Source: a virus | IMG/VR virus record: IMGVR_UViG_3300035171_000016 | Span: 64,001-128,000 of that record | Length of the DNA stretch: 64,000 bases | Strand: one strand, 5' to 3' | In this document: piece after piece, positions 19,723-27,503 of the stretch | Layout of the letters: the number at the start of each line of letters is the position of its first letter | Numbering within the stretch: position 1 is the first letter of the stretch | Made by a program: the position numbers and the translations under genes | Notes under the pieces: model-generated | What the model saw: the letters and a program-made list of their open reading frames with translations, nothing else | Database searches by the model: none | Told to the model about the DNA's origin: nothing

Positions 19723-20542
19723 ATTTATGTAATTTTTCTACCTTTAGGAATTTTTTAAAATTTTTATATCCTACTCTATCATATACTATGGATGTTATAA
19801 TATCATTTTTATAGCCAGATGTCAACGCTAATTTTCTAATCCCGTCTTCAATAAAGGTCTCACCTGTTATTAAATTAGTTAGTTTCCAATAAAAAGTATT
19901 ACAATTTCTATTGTTTTTTAATTTTTTTGATATTTTTTCGTTTCTCTTATTTTTGTGAGGTTCTACATTATTTTTTTTATCAAAAAATGCTTGATATTTT
20001 TTTAATATTAAACCTTTAAATCTTATAGAATTTACAATTGTACAATGTTTTATTCCTAATTCTTTGGCACAGTTATTTATTGATTCAAATTCCTTTAAAA
20101 AAAAGCCTTCTTTATTATATAGAAATACTTTTTTCTTATTCTTTGCGGATTTAATATGGTTTTTTATACACTCCTTATTTTTTTTAAAGTTTTCTCCGCC
20201 ATCTGTTAAATTGTAACCATACTCTTTTTCGTTTGATTTAAAAAATTTTATCCAATATGTTTCTCGTTTTGCAAGATTTTTTAAAGATACTTCTTCTATT
20301 ATAAGAAAATCAAATTTATCAAAACCATATTTTTTAATGGCTCTATGTATCGCCATCTGACCTCGCCCATTTATTCCATGATATAAATAAGACTTAAATC
20401 TTTTACTTAAATTGGTAGTTAAGCCTACATAAACCTTTCCATTTACTAGATTAGATAATTTATAAATTAAACATTTTTTATAGTATATGCCATAGGTTTT
20501 ATATCTTTTTCGTTCTAAATTTTTTATTTGTAATAATGTCAT
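19709..20542 (-). CDS. GIY-YIG homing endonuclease
   Basis: LIYKL.NL.NGKVYVG.T, RE.YWI, GYNLTDGG. Confidence 0.9.
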   Translation of the reverse strand: MTLLQIKNLERKRYKTYGIYYKKCLIYKLSNLVNGKVYVGLTTNLSKRFKSYLYHGINGRGQMAIHRAIKKYGFDKFDFLIIEEVSLKNLAKRETYWIKFFKSNEKEYGYNLTDGGENFKKNKECIKNHIKSAKNKKKVFLYNKEGFFLKEFESINNCAKELGIKHCTIVNSIRFKGLILKKYQAFFDKKNNVEPHKNKRNEKISKKLKNNRNCNTFYWKLTNLITGETFIEDGIRKLALTSGYKNDIITSIVYDRVGYKNFKKFLKVEKLHKYDKI

Positions 20543-20589
20543 ATTTATGGATACACATAAACAAATCAGAAATACATATAAATATAAAA

Positions 20590-21516
20590 CTAATTTTTAT
20601 ACCATTCTAAGATTGAATCTTTTCCCTCGGCCATTAATTGCTCATTAAAGTCTTTATATGGTTTTTTAGGAAGTTTAATTTTTATTTGTTTAGAATCAAA
20701 ATATTTACTTAATCTTTTATATGCTTTATTTGCAGAATTAAGGCCAGCATTATCATTATTTGTAGCAATAATTATTTTAACATCTTGAATTTTAAGAAGA
20801 TAATTAATTATCGGTAGGCCGCATTCAGTTCCAAACATACAGACAGAAGTTCTTATTCCACAGGTCAAAAATGAAATAACATCTGATATTCCTTCAACCA
20901 AAATTATTTCCTTCTTTTCTTTTATGTCTTTATTATTTAAAAATAAAGGATAAACGGTAGATTTTGAACCTCTTAAAATCCATTTCCACTCTTTATTATT
21001 TCCATTAATATCTCTTCCGGCCAACATTGTTATTTGGTTCTTAGAGTTCAATACAGGAAAAACATATTTGCCTTTTAAAATACCCTTGTCAGAAAAAACT
21101 CCGCCTCTGGTTTCTTGTAGAACTTCCTTGCTAATTCCTCTTGATTCCCAATAATCATAAATAGGAACCAAGCTTTTAAAAATGTCGTCGGAAAAAATCT
21201 TAATTTGTTTGATTTTAGGACTAGGCGGCGGCAAAACTATATTATTTTTTTGTAAGTATTTTTCTAAATCTTCGGTAGATAATTGGTTAGTAACCAAAGA
21301 AATTAATCGTTTAATATCAAACTTGCTACCCTCTACGAAATCCAAACAAAGATTTTCTCCCCAATAAATAGCAACGCTTTTTGGGTCTTGTCCAGAACGC
21401 CATAATGCTGCCGTATTAAGATAGTTAGAACTTTCGCTAACAGGATAGCCATGAGTTAATAGGATATTTTTAATAGCATCCTTATTTTTAAAGGAATATT
21501 CTCCAGAATTATACAT
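20590..21516 (-). CDS. DNA primase (TOPRIM)
   Basis: YVFPV, AGRD, ILVEGISD, GT, NNDNAG, KDFNE. Confidence 0.88.
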   Translation of the reverse strand: MYNSGEYSFKNKDAIKNILLTHGYPVSESSNYLNTAALWRSGQDPKSVAIYWGENLCLDFVEGSKFDIKRLISLVTNQLSTEDLEKYLQKNNIVLPPPSPKIKQIKIFSDDIFKSLVPIYDYWESRGISKEVLQETRGGVFSDKGILKGKYVFPVLNSKNQITMLAGRDINGNNKEWKWILRGSKSTVYPLFLNNKDIKEKKEIILVEGISDVISFLTCGIRTSVCMFGTECGLPIINYLLKIQDVKIIIATNNDNAGLNSANKAYKRLSKYFDSKQIKIKLPKKPYKDFNEQLMAEGKDSILEWYKN

Positions 21517-21519
21517 ATT

Positions 21520-21708
21520 TTAAATTACTGCTAAAAGTCTAATAGGCCAATATAAAAGATATACTGGTAATAATATAGAATAAAATAATATTACAACTAA
21601 TGAAGGATATTTAAAAGCAGTAGACATATCAATATAAACTGATTTCATATATCGTAAATCAGCCAAAAAGGTGATAAATCCTAAAGTTAAGTAAGCCTCT
21701 ATTAGCAT
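21520..21708 (-). CDS. Small membrane protein
   Basis: Two hydrophobic segments; own promoter. Confidence 0.6.
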   Translation of the reverse strand: MLIEAYLTLGFITFLADLRYMKSVYIDMSTAFKYPSLVVILFYSILLPVYLLYWPIRLLAVI

Positions 21709-21749
21709 AGGATATTAATATAAGAGTTTAACATTAAAAAGTCAAGACT

Positions 21750-21970
21750 TTAATATCTGCGTAGCAGTTTGAGATGAAAGACCTATCTTATTTATATAAT
21801 TAATTGCGTAGCAAATATAATTAAAATTATAAGAATCATTTAAAATGGCCGCGATTTGAGCTTCTTATTCTTCTTTCAGAAGAACTGTCGTTCCGACAGA
21901 ATTTAAGAGTAGTATAGTTTTATTTATCTATTACGAGCGATAGCGAGTTTATAATAAAATATTATACTCT
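21750..21970. other. Cluster of short hairpins, candidate replication origin or regulatory element
   Basis: TGC-GTA-GCA twice, TTCTTC-TTTCA-GAAGAA, CTGTCG-TTC-CGACAG, imperfect long inverted repeat around GAGCGATAGCGAG. Confidence 0.4.
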
Positions 21971-21989
21971 TTCGTGTCAAGATACAAAA

Positions 21990-22301
21990 ACTCCATATAA
22001 TTTTAGGGATATGTAAAATATATCTTTAATATTAAGAACGTGCTAAGGTCGCCTATAAGCACTTAATTTTACTATCTGTATTCGACTGTCGTGGCTTCTA
22101 TTAAGAATTTGTATTCGCCACCCTATAATAAGACATCAATATAGTCTTTATTATAAAATATACCTTAAATTAATAGTATTGGTTATCAGCTATTAATAGT
22201 ATATAATCTTTTTGTTTGTTTAAAGTCTCCCCTTCTCTTTCCGCGAGCGGCGAGTTAAATTTCCACCTTTCGGCGTTTCTTATGTTATGGGTCAAGACTC
22301 C
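21990..22301 (-). ncRNA. Candidate structured non-coding RNA 3' of HNH gene
   Basis: Consecutive stems including CGCC-GAAA-GGTG, GTGGC...GCCAC, GTGCT...AGCAC, TATAATAAAGAC...GTCTTATTATA; no credible ORF. Confidence 0.5.
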
Positions 22302-22766
22302 CTATTCTTTAATTTTAATAGAGTCAGATTTACTTATTTCGTTTTTTAGAAAATTTATACGATTTAAAAGATTATTTTTCTTTTTTATATTTTTAGTACA
22401 TACCTTATTAAGCTCTAAAAGAGCCGAAAGTCTTAATTTAGATAATTCTAACGGACTTATTTTATTATTGTTACTAATTGATATAGTATCTTTTTTAAGT
22501 GTATTTATTTGTTTTTTGTTTAAAAATGGCTCGGAACCATATATAGAAATAGCTTTATGTGTAGATTTATGACATTTAAAACATAAAACAATTAAATCAT
22601 CCATAGATGTTTTATACCAATTTTTATTATAAACTTTATGATGACAATTTAAGTTCTCGGTAGAGCGGCAATATTCGCATTTATTTCCAACCGAAAACTT
22701 CTTTTTTATCGAAAGGTTTTTCCAAAAACCGCTTTCTAAAAAAGCTCTGTAATTATTATTAGACAT
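22302..22766 (-). CDS. HNH endonuclease (Zn-binding, phage type)
   Basis: Y..FL.S.FW...CEYC....LNCHH..Y...DDL..LC.KCH..H. Confidence 0.88.
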   Translation of the reverse strand: MSNNNYRAFLESGFWKNLSIKKKFSVGNKCEYCRSTENLNCHHKVYNKNWYKTSMDDLIVLCFKCHKSTHKAISIYGSEPFLNKKQINTLKKDTISISNNNKISPLELSKLRLSALLELNKVCTKNIKKKNNLLNRINFLKNEISKSDSIKIKE

Positions 22767-22780
22767 AAATTATTGCTATA

Positions 22781-22809
22781 ATATTAGAATCATTTAAACA
22801 AAAAGTCAA
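22781..22809 (-). promoter_or_regulatory. Sigma70-type promoter for HNH gene
   Basis: TTGACT-17-TAATAT. Confidence 0.65.
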
Positions 22810-22832
22810 CATCTTTTTAATTAATTTTATTC

Positions 22833-22861
22833 TTGACTTAATATCATATATAACATATACT
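22833..22861 (+). promoter_or_regulatory. Sigma70-type promoter, divergent
   Basis: TTGACT-17-TATACT, 7 nt before ATG 22869. Confidence 0.8.
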
Positions 22862-22868
22862 TATATCA

Positions 22869-23060
22869 ATGCCTAAAATATTGACTATCTTAGTGGATAA
22901 AATAAATCCAGAGCCAACAATAGAAGAAATGAAGGCTTTTGGTGTAAGATTTGATAGAATTAGCTGGAATAAGCTAACTGGTAATAAGGAATTTATGAAA
23001 GTTTTTCCTAAAAATCTAAAACTAGCAGAGAAATTAGTTAATAATATATTAAATAATTAA
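22869..23060 (+). CDS. Hypothetical protein
   Basis: ORF behind promoter. Confidence 0.65.
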   Translation: MPKILTILVDKINPEPTIEEMKAFGVRFDRISWNKLTGNKEFMKVFPKNLKLAEKLVNNILNN

Positions 23061-23082
23061 TTAATTAACTATAATATTAAAT

Positions 23083-23535
23083 ATGTCAATAATTGAAGCT
23101 CAATCTATTTTAACAGGCTGGTTCGTAAAGCATGACTCGATTAATAATGAACAATTTATCTCTATCGCTCCGAAAAAGACATTACCGAATGAGGCTGAGG
23201 CCGCGTTTTCGTTTGCTCTACAAGAATTTGAAAATAAAGGAATTGTCGGAAAGTTTATTGGTGTCAACGACAAGGGTAACTCATTATTTACTTGGTGTCT
23301 TAGGAGGCCCTTAATTCTCAATAGCCAAACATTAGTAATTAATGGACAAACGGCCCTATCAATAAGTAATTGTGTTAATTCATTTTACGAATCAATGGGT
23401 GATAAAGAAAATTTCTGCAATCCTTTGGAAATATGTCAAAACGATATAGATATTTTACTAGAAATAACCTCGCTTTTATCTGAACAAAATTTAGAAAAAA
23501 ATAATAATAAAGAAAATATTAAAACTAATAATTAA
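23083..23535 (+). CDS. Hypothetical protein
   Basis: 150-aa ORF. Confidence 0.7.
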   Translation: MSIIEAQSILTGWFVKHDSINNEQFISIAPKKTLPNEAEAAFSFALQEFENKGIVGKFIGVNDKGNSLFTWCLRRPLILNSQTLVINGQTALSISNCVNSFYESMGDKENFCNPLEICQNDIDILLEITSLLSEQNLEKNNNKENIKTNN

Positions 23536-23553
23536 TTATAAATTGTAAACTAT

Positions 23554-24156
23554 ATGAGAAAAACTAATTTAATAGCATTATCATCAGCGGCAACCGGAGG
23601 AAAAGATACTCTGTATAATATTTTAGAAAAAATATTTAAACAATATAGTATTACATCCGATAGGCTTGCTCTTGCTGACCCTCTTAAATCAGAGATAAAT
23701 AGCTTCACGCAAGCTCAATATAATATTAGTGCATTTACTAAAGACCCCAAGGAAAAAGAGTTAATTAGACCGTTAATGGTTATTCATGGAAAAATTAAAA
23801 GAACTCAAACTAGTGGCAAATATTTTACCTCTTTAGCTCAGGAAAGATTAAATAGTAATATTACTGATAATATATTAACAATTGTTACAGATATAAGATA
23901 TTCCTCTTATTCTGAGGACGAACTTTATTGGTTGAAAAGTAATAATGGTATTTTAATACATATCGAAAGAATAAATGTTGACGGCCAAATAATTGAGCCC
24001 GCTAACATTGATGAAAAAGAAAATGACCCTAAAATTAAATCAGCCGCCGATTACCATTTACGCTGGCCAACTACAGACAATGAACAATTAAGAGAAGATT
24101 TTGTCAAAACACAACTTAAAGACTTAATTGAAAAAATTATCAATGAAAAAAATTAA
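23554..24156 (+). CDS. Deoxynucleoside monophosphate kinase (T4 gp1-like)
   Basis: P-loop SSAATGGKDT, ALADPLK, KE..RP, TDIRY..E. Confidence 0.8.
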   Translation: MRKTNLIALSSAATGGKDTLYNILEKIFKQYSITSDRLALADPLKSEINSFTQAQYNISAFTKDPKEKELIRPLMVIHGKIKRTQTSGKYFTSLAQERLNSNITDNILTIVTDIRYSSYSEDELYWLKSNNGILIHIERINVDGQIIEPANIDEKENDPKIKSAADYHLRWPTTDNEQLREDFVKTQLKDLIEKIINEKN

Positions 24157-24754
24157 CTTTTCTAAATTAACGGAAAATCAATTAGTTAATAGAGTTCAGA
24201 ATAAATGCTGTAACGATTCTATGCTAGAGTTGATTAACAGGCATACTAAATTGGTATGCTCTGTAATTCATCGCTTTTCTAGAAGAAATATTCATATAAA
24301 GATTAACGACCTACTTGACGACCAATATTTAATTTTTGATGATGCTGTTAAAACATTTAATGTTAGAAAAAAAACTAAATTTACATCTTGGCTCTACGCA
24401 AGAACAAGATTTTGGATATTAAATAATCACAAAAATGAGGATAAATTGATTCATTTAGAAAATCAAGATATAGAAGATATTTTTAATAAAAATGAAAAAT
24501 TTTATCATTCAAATGATTCTATGATTGAAAACAATAAATATATTTTTAATATTTTAGGTCAAGTTAAAGATAAGAGAATTATTGATATTTTTAAAATTAG
24601 ATATTTTAATGATGCTGGAAAGTCTAAAACCCCTTGGAAGGAAATTGCTAATAAGTTTAATTTAAGCATTACAAGAGTAATTTCTCTACATGAAGAGGGA
24701 AGAAAGATACTTTTAGATAAATTTAACAGTAAAAATAAAATGGATGTCCTATAA
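24143..24754 (+). CDS. Sigma70-like RNA polymerase sigma factor
   Basis: LI.RH..LV...I, KF.SWL (region 2), IF.IRY...PWKEIA..F.LS..RV..LH (region 4). Confidence 0.8.
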   Translation: MKKINFSKLTENQLVNRVQNKCCNDSMLELINRHTKLVCSVIHRFSRRNIHIKINDLLDDQYLIFDDAVKTFNVRKKTKFTSWLYARTRFWILNNHKNEDKLIHLENQDIEDIFNKNEKFYHSNDSMIENNKYIFNILGQVKDKRIIDIFKIRYFNDAGKSKTPWKEIANKFNLSITRVISLHEEGRKILLDKFNSKNKMDVL

Positions 24755-24770
24755 TATATAAAATAAACAT

Positions 24771-25031
24771 ATGCCAGACTTTGAACAATCACCAGTAAAC
24801 AAACCCCAATATCAAAAATCTAATAGAAATCCAGAATCAGTTGGAGCTTGTTGGATTAAACAAAACGGTAATGGAATTGATTACCTTTCAATGAAGATAG
24901 AGCTTAAAAACGGAGAGGTATTAAATATTAAAGGATTTCTAAATTCTGAAAAAGTTACCGGAGACGCAAAGCCAGAATATATCCTTTATCCAAGCAAGGG
25001 AATAGTAAAAGAAAGAAATGGAAACAAGTAA
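24771..25031 (+). CDS. DUF736-like protein
   Basis: VGACW....G.DYLS.KI...N..K.....P.Y. Confidence 0.6.
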   Translation: MPDFEQSPVNKPQYQKSNRNPESVGACWIKQNGNGIDYLSMKIELKNGEVLNIKGFLNSEKVTGDAKPEYILYPSKGIVKERNGNK

Positions 25032-25245
25032 TATGACACCAGAAAATTTCTGCTATTGGCTACAAGGATGGATAGAGTTAAATAAAACCTCTAATAAAAA
25101 TGCCAAAGCTTCAAAAGAAACATTAGAAATGATTGAAAATCATTTAAAGTTAGTTTTTTCTAATGTAACAGAATTTAAACCAATTCCCGTCTCTAATAAC
25201 GGAATCCAACCAACTAGAGACGGAGTTCCCCAGTTATATTGTTAA
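25018..25245 (+). CDS. Hypothetical phage protein
   Basis: MTPENFCYWLQG..E...I..HL.LVF, a widespread phage pattern. Confidence 0.7.
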   Translation: METSNMTPENFCYWLQGWIELNKTSNKNAKASKETLEMIENHLKLVFSNVTEFKPIPVSNNGIQPTRDGVPQLYC

Positions 25246-25247
25246 AT

Positions 25248-26336
25248 ATGAATTATACATTTAATGTTCCCATAAATAATCTTTCATTCGGCTCTGTTTC
25301 TCTAAATATTCTTAGAGAATCATACGCAGCCGGTCACTCTCCATGTATTATTCCTATTGGTGGTCAGGTGGATATTTCTGCCCAAAAAGAAGATAAAGAT
25401 TTTTTTAACTGGCTCCAATCATGTTTAAATAAAGGATTAAAATCTCATAAGAGAAGCTTTCCGGTATTAAAATTGTGGCATCTTTCGGGCGGCATAGAAT
25501 CACTAAGTAATAAACAAGTATTATATACTTTCCATGAACTAGATGGCGTTACGCCAGAAGAAATTAATGCCGTACAAAATAATCATAAAGTATTATTTGC
25601 CTGCGATTATAACACAAATACGTTTAAAGACTACGGATGTACAAATGTAGAAACGGTTCCGCTTGGATTTGATAATATAAATTTTTATAACACTAATAAA
25701 GAATATTTTAATGATGGCAGAATATCATTTTTTATTGGCGGTAAGTGGGAGCCGGTAAGAAAACGTACAGATAAAGTTATTCAAGCTTGGATTAAAAAAT
25801 TTGGAAATAATAAAAAATATTTCTTAAACTGTGCCATTCAAAATAATTTTGTAAATCCAGAACAGCATAACCAAATATATTCAAATATTACTAAAGGACA
25901 AAGATATGGAAACGTACAGTTTTTAGGATTTATGCCTAGAAATGATATTTATAATGATTTTATTAATTCTCACGAAATAGTACTAGGATTAGGAACAGAG
26001 TCTTGGGGCATTCCAGAATTTACAGCCACAGCATTAGGCAAGCATTCGATTATATCAAATTATGCAGGACATAAACAATGGGCTAATAACGATAATTCTG
26101 TATTAGTTAATCCTTGTGCTAAAATTCCGGCATATGATAATATGTTTTTTCATCCTAATCAACCATTTAATCAGGGGAGTGTCTACGATTTTAACGAGGA
26201 CGAATTAGTTAATGCTTTTGAATTAGCTATAAAGCGTGTTGAGGCCAATAAAGTTAATATTGCCGGATTAGAACTACAAAAAGAATTTACCTATAAAAAA
26301 ACCTTTGATAAAATATATCAATTATTAAGCGAATAA
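25248..26336 (+). CDS. Glycosyltransferase family 4 (GT-B)
   Basis: VPLGFD, GKWE..RK, ESWGIPEF.A.ALGK. Confidence 0.85.
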   Translation: MNYTFNVPINNLSFGSVSLNILRESYAAGHSPCIIPIGGQVDISAQKEDKDFFNWLQSCLNKGLKSHKRSFPVLKLWHLSGGIESLSNKQVLYTFHELDGVTPEEINAVQNNHKVLFACDYNTNTFKDYGCTNVETVPLGFDNINFYNTNKEYFNDGRISFFIGGKWEPVRKRTDKVIQAWIKKFGNNKKYFLNCAIQNNFVNPEQHNQIYSNITKGQRYGNVQFLGFMPRNDIYNDFINSHEIVLGLGTESWGIPEFTATALGKHSIISNYAGHKQWANNDNSVLVNPCAKIPAYDNMFFHPNQPFNQGSVYDFNEDELVNAFELAIKRVEANKVNIAGLELQKEFTYKKTFDKIYQLLSE

Positions 26337-26337
26337 C

Positions 26338-26520
26338 ATGAATAATGACAAAACAATATATTGTATTTGTGAAGATTGGCCAATTCAAAGTAAAATTATT
26401 GATAGTTTTATAGTTTTACAAGCGGTTCGTTCTGGGCAATACGATTTATATACTAAAAAGGGCGGAAAAGAATTTATATTTTGTCCGTTTTGTGGGTATA
26501 AACTAAAAAAGAATAAATAA
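26338..26520 (+). CDS. Small Zn-ribbon-like protein
   Basis: CIC...FCPFCG.KL. Confidence 0.6.
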   Translation: MNNDKTIYCICEDWPIQSKIIDSFIVLQAVRSGQYDLYTKKGGKEFIFCPFCGYKLKKNK

Positions 26521-26530
26521 TTAAATAAAT

Positions 26531-26770
26531 ATGAAAACCAATAAAAATTACATATTAAGAACTGGTTTAGCATTAACATCTAGTAAAAGATTTCCTAAAA
26601 ACTTAGAGTTGTCACAATTTGAATTAGATGGCACAGAAAAAGAAATATTTTATAAAATTATGAGAAATACCGCTGCTGTATTTGCGGCACATTACTCAAA
26701 TATTAACAACACAGATATAAATATAGAAATAAAAAAACTTATTAAAAAGTATAATATTAAAAATAAATAA
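26531..26770 (+). CDS. Hypothetical protein
   Basis: ORF in operon. Confidence 0.55.
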   Translation: MKTNKNYILRTGLALTSSKRFPKNLELSQFELDGTEKEIFYKIMRNTAAVFAAHYSNINNTDINIEIKKLIKKYNIKNK

Positions 26771-26771
26771 T

Positions 26772-26975
26772 ATGAAAATTAAAATTGAATCGGCCTGCGA
26801 CGGAAAAGAGCTTATTGAAGATTTTATTAATAAATTAAAATCTAATAATATAGAAGCCCCTTGGAAAGAGGGTGCTGACCTACCTATTGGCGTTAGAATT
26901 ATTGTTAAAAATAAAAACGACCAAGAAATAGAGATTAGTCCCGATAAATTAAAAATTGTATTTAATAAAGGGTAA
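26772..26975 (+). CDS. Hypothetical protein
   Basis: ORF in operon. Confidence 0.55.
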   Translation: MKIKIESACDGKELIEDFINKLKSNNIEAPWKEGADLPIGVRIIVKNKNDQEIEISPDKLKIVFNKG

Positions 26976-26997
26976 CCATTTATAAAGAAGATATATA

Positions 26998-27402
26998 ATG
27001 CCATACTACGATTTTCTAAATCATAAAACCGGAGAAATTAAAACTTTATTCTTTGGAATGAATGAAGATAAAATTTATGTTGATTCTGACGGATATGAAT
27101 GGAAACGACAGTTTTCAGTTCCAATGGCGGCGATTGATACTCAAAATGACGCCTTTGATGATAAAAAAAATCTAGAAAAAATTAAAAACACAAAAGGCTC
27201 TCTTGGAGATATTCTAGATTATTCAAAAGAACAGAGTATTAAAAGAGAAGAAAAGCTTGGAACTACAGACCCTAAAAAACAGGCTTACTATGATAAATAT
27301 GCAGCGGACAGAAATGGTAAAAGACACCTTAATGAAAAAAAAGAAAAACTTGAGAAAACAATAAAAGAAGTAACAATTAAATATAACAAAAGAAACAAAT
27401 AA
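26998..27402 (+). CDS. FmdB-like protein lacking Zn cysteines
   Basis: MPYYDF....GE.......M......W.R.FS.P. Confidence 0.55.
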   Translation: MPYYDFLNHKTGEIKTLFFGMNEDKIYVDSDGYEWKRQFSVPMAAIDTQNDAFDDKKNLEKIKNTKGSLGDILDYSKEQSIKREEKLGTTDPKKQAYYDKYAADRNGKRHLNEKKEKLEKTIKEVTIKYNKRNK

Positions 27403-27503
27403 TCTTTTCAGTACACTTGAAAATATCTGTTAATAACTTTTTTTAGTTTTTAGCAGATTTTTATTTTATTTAAACTTGTTTAGATGTATACTAATATCCT
27501 ATT

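Noticed and set aside
22216-22572. Plus-strand 118-aa ORF and other antisense ORFs in the track (e.g. 2595, 6277, 12587, 19172, 43667, 58907)
   Set aside because: Shadow frames opposite or inside well-supported genes, with no motifs
21741-22766. IscB/HEARO (OMEGA) element
   Set aside because: HNH protein is 154 aa without PLMP or RuvC motifs, the structured tract is downstream rather than upstream, and at least two of the three GTCAAGA copies read as minus-strand -35 boxes
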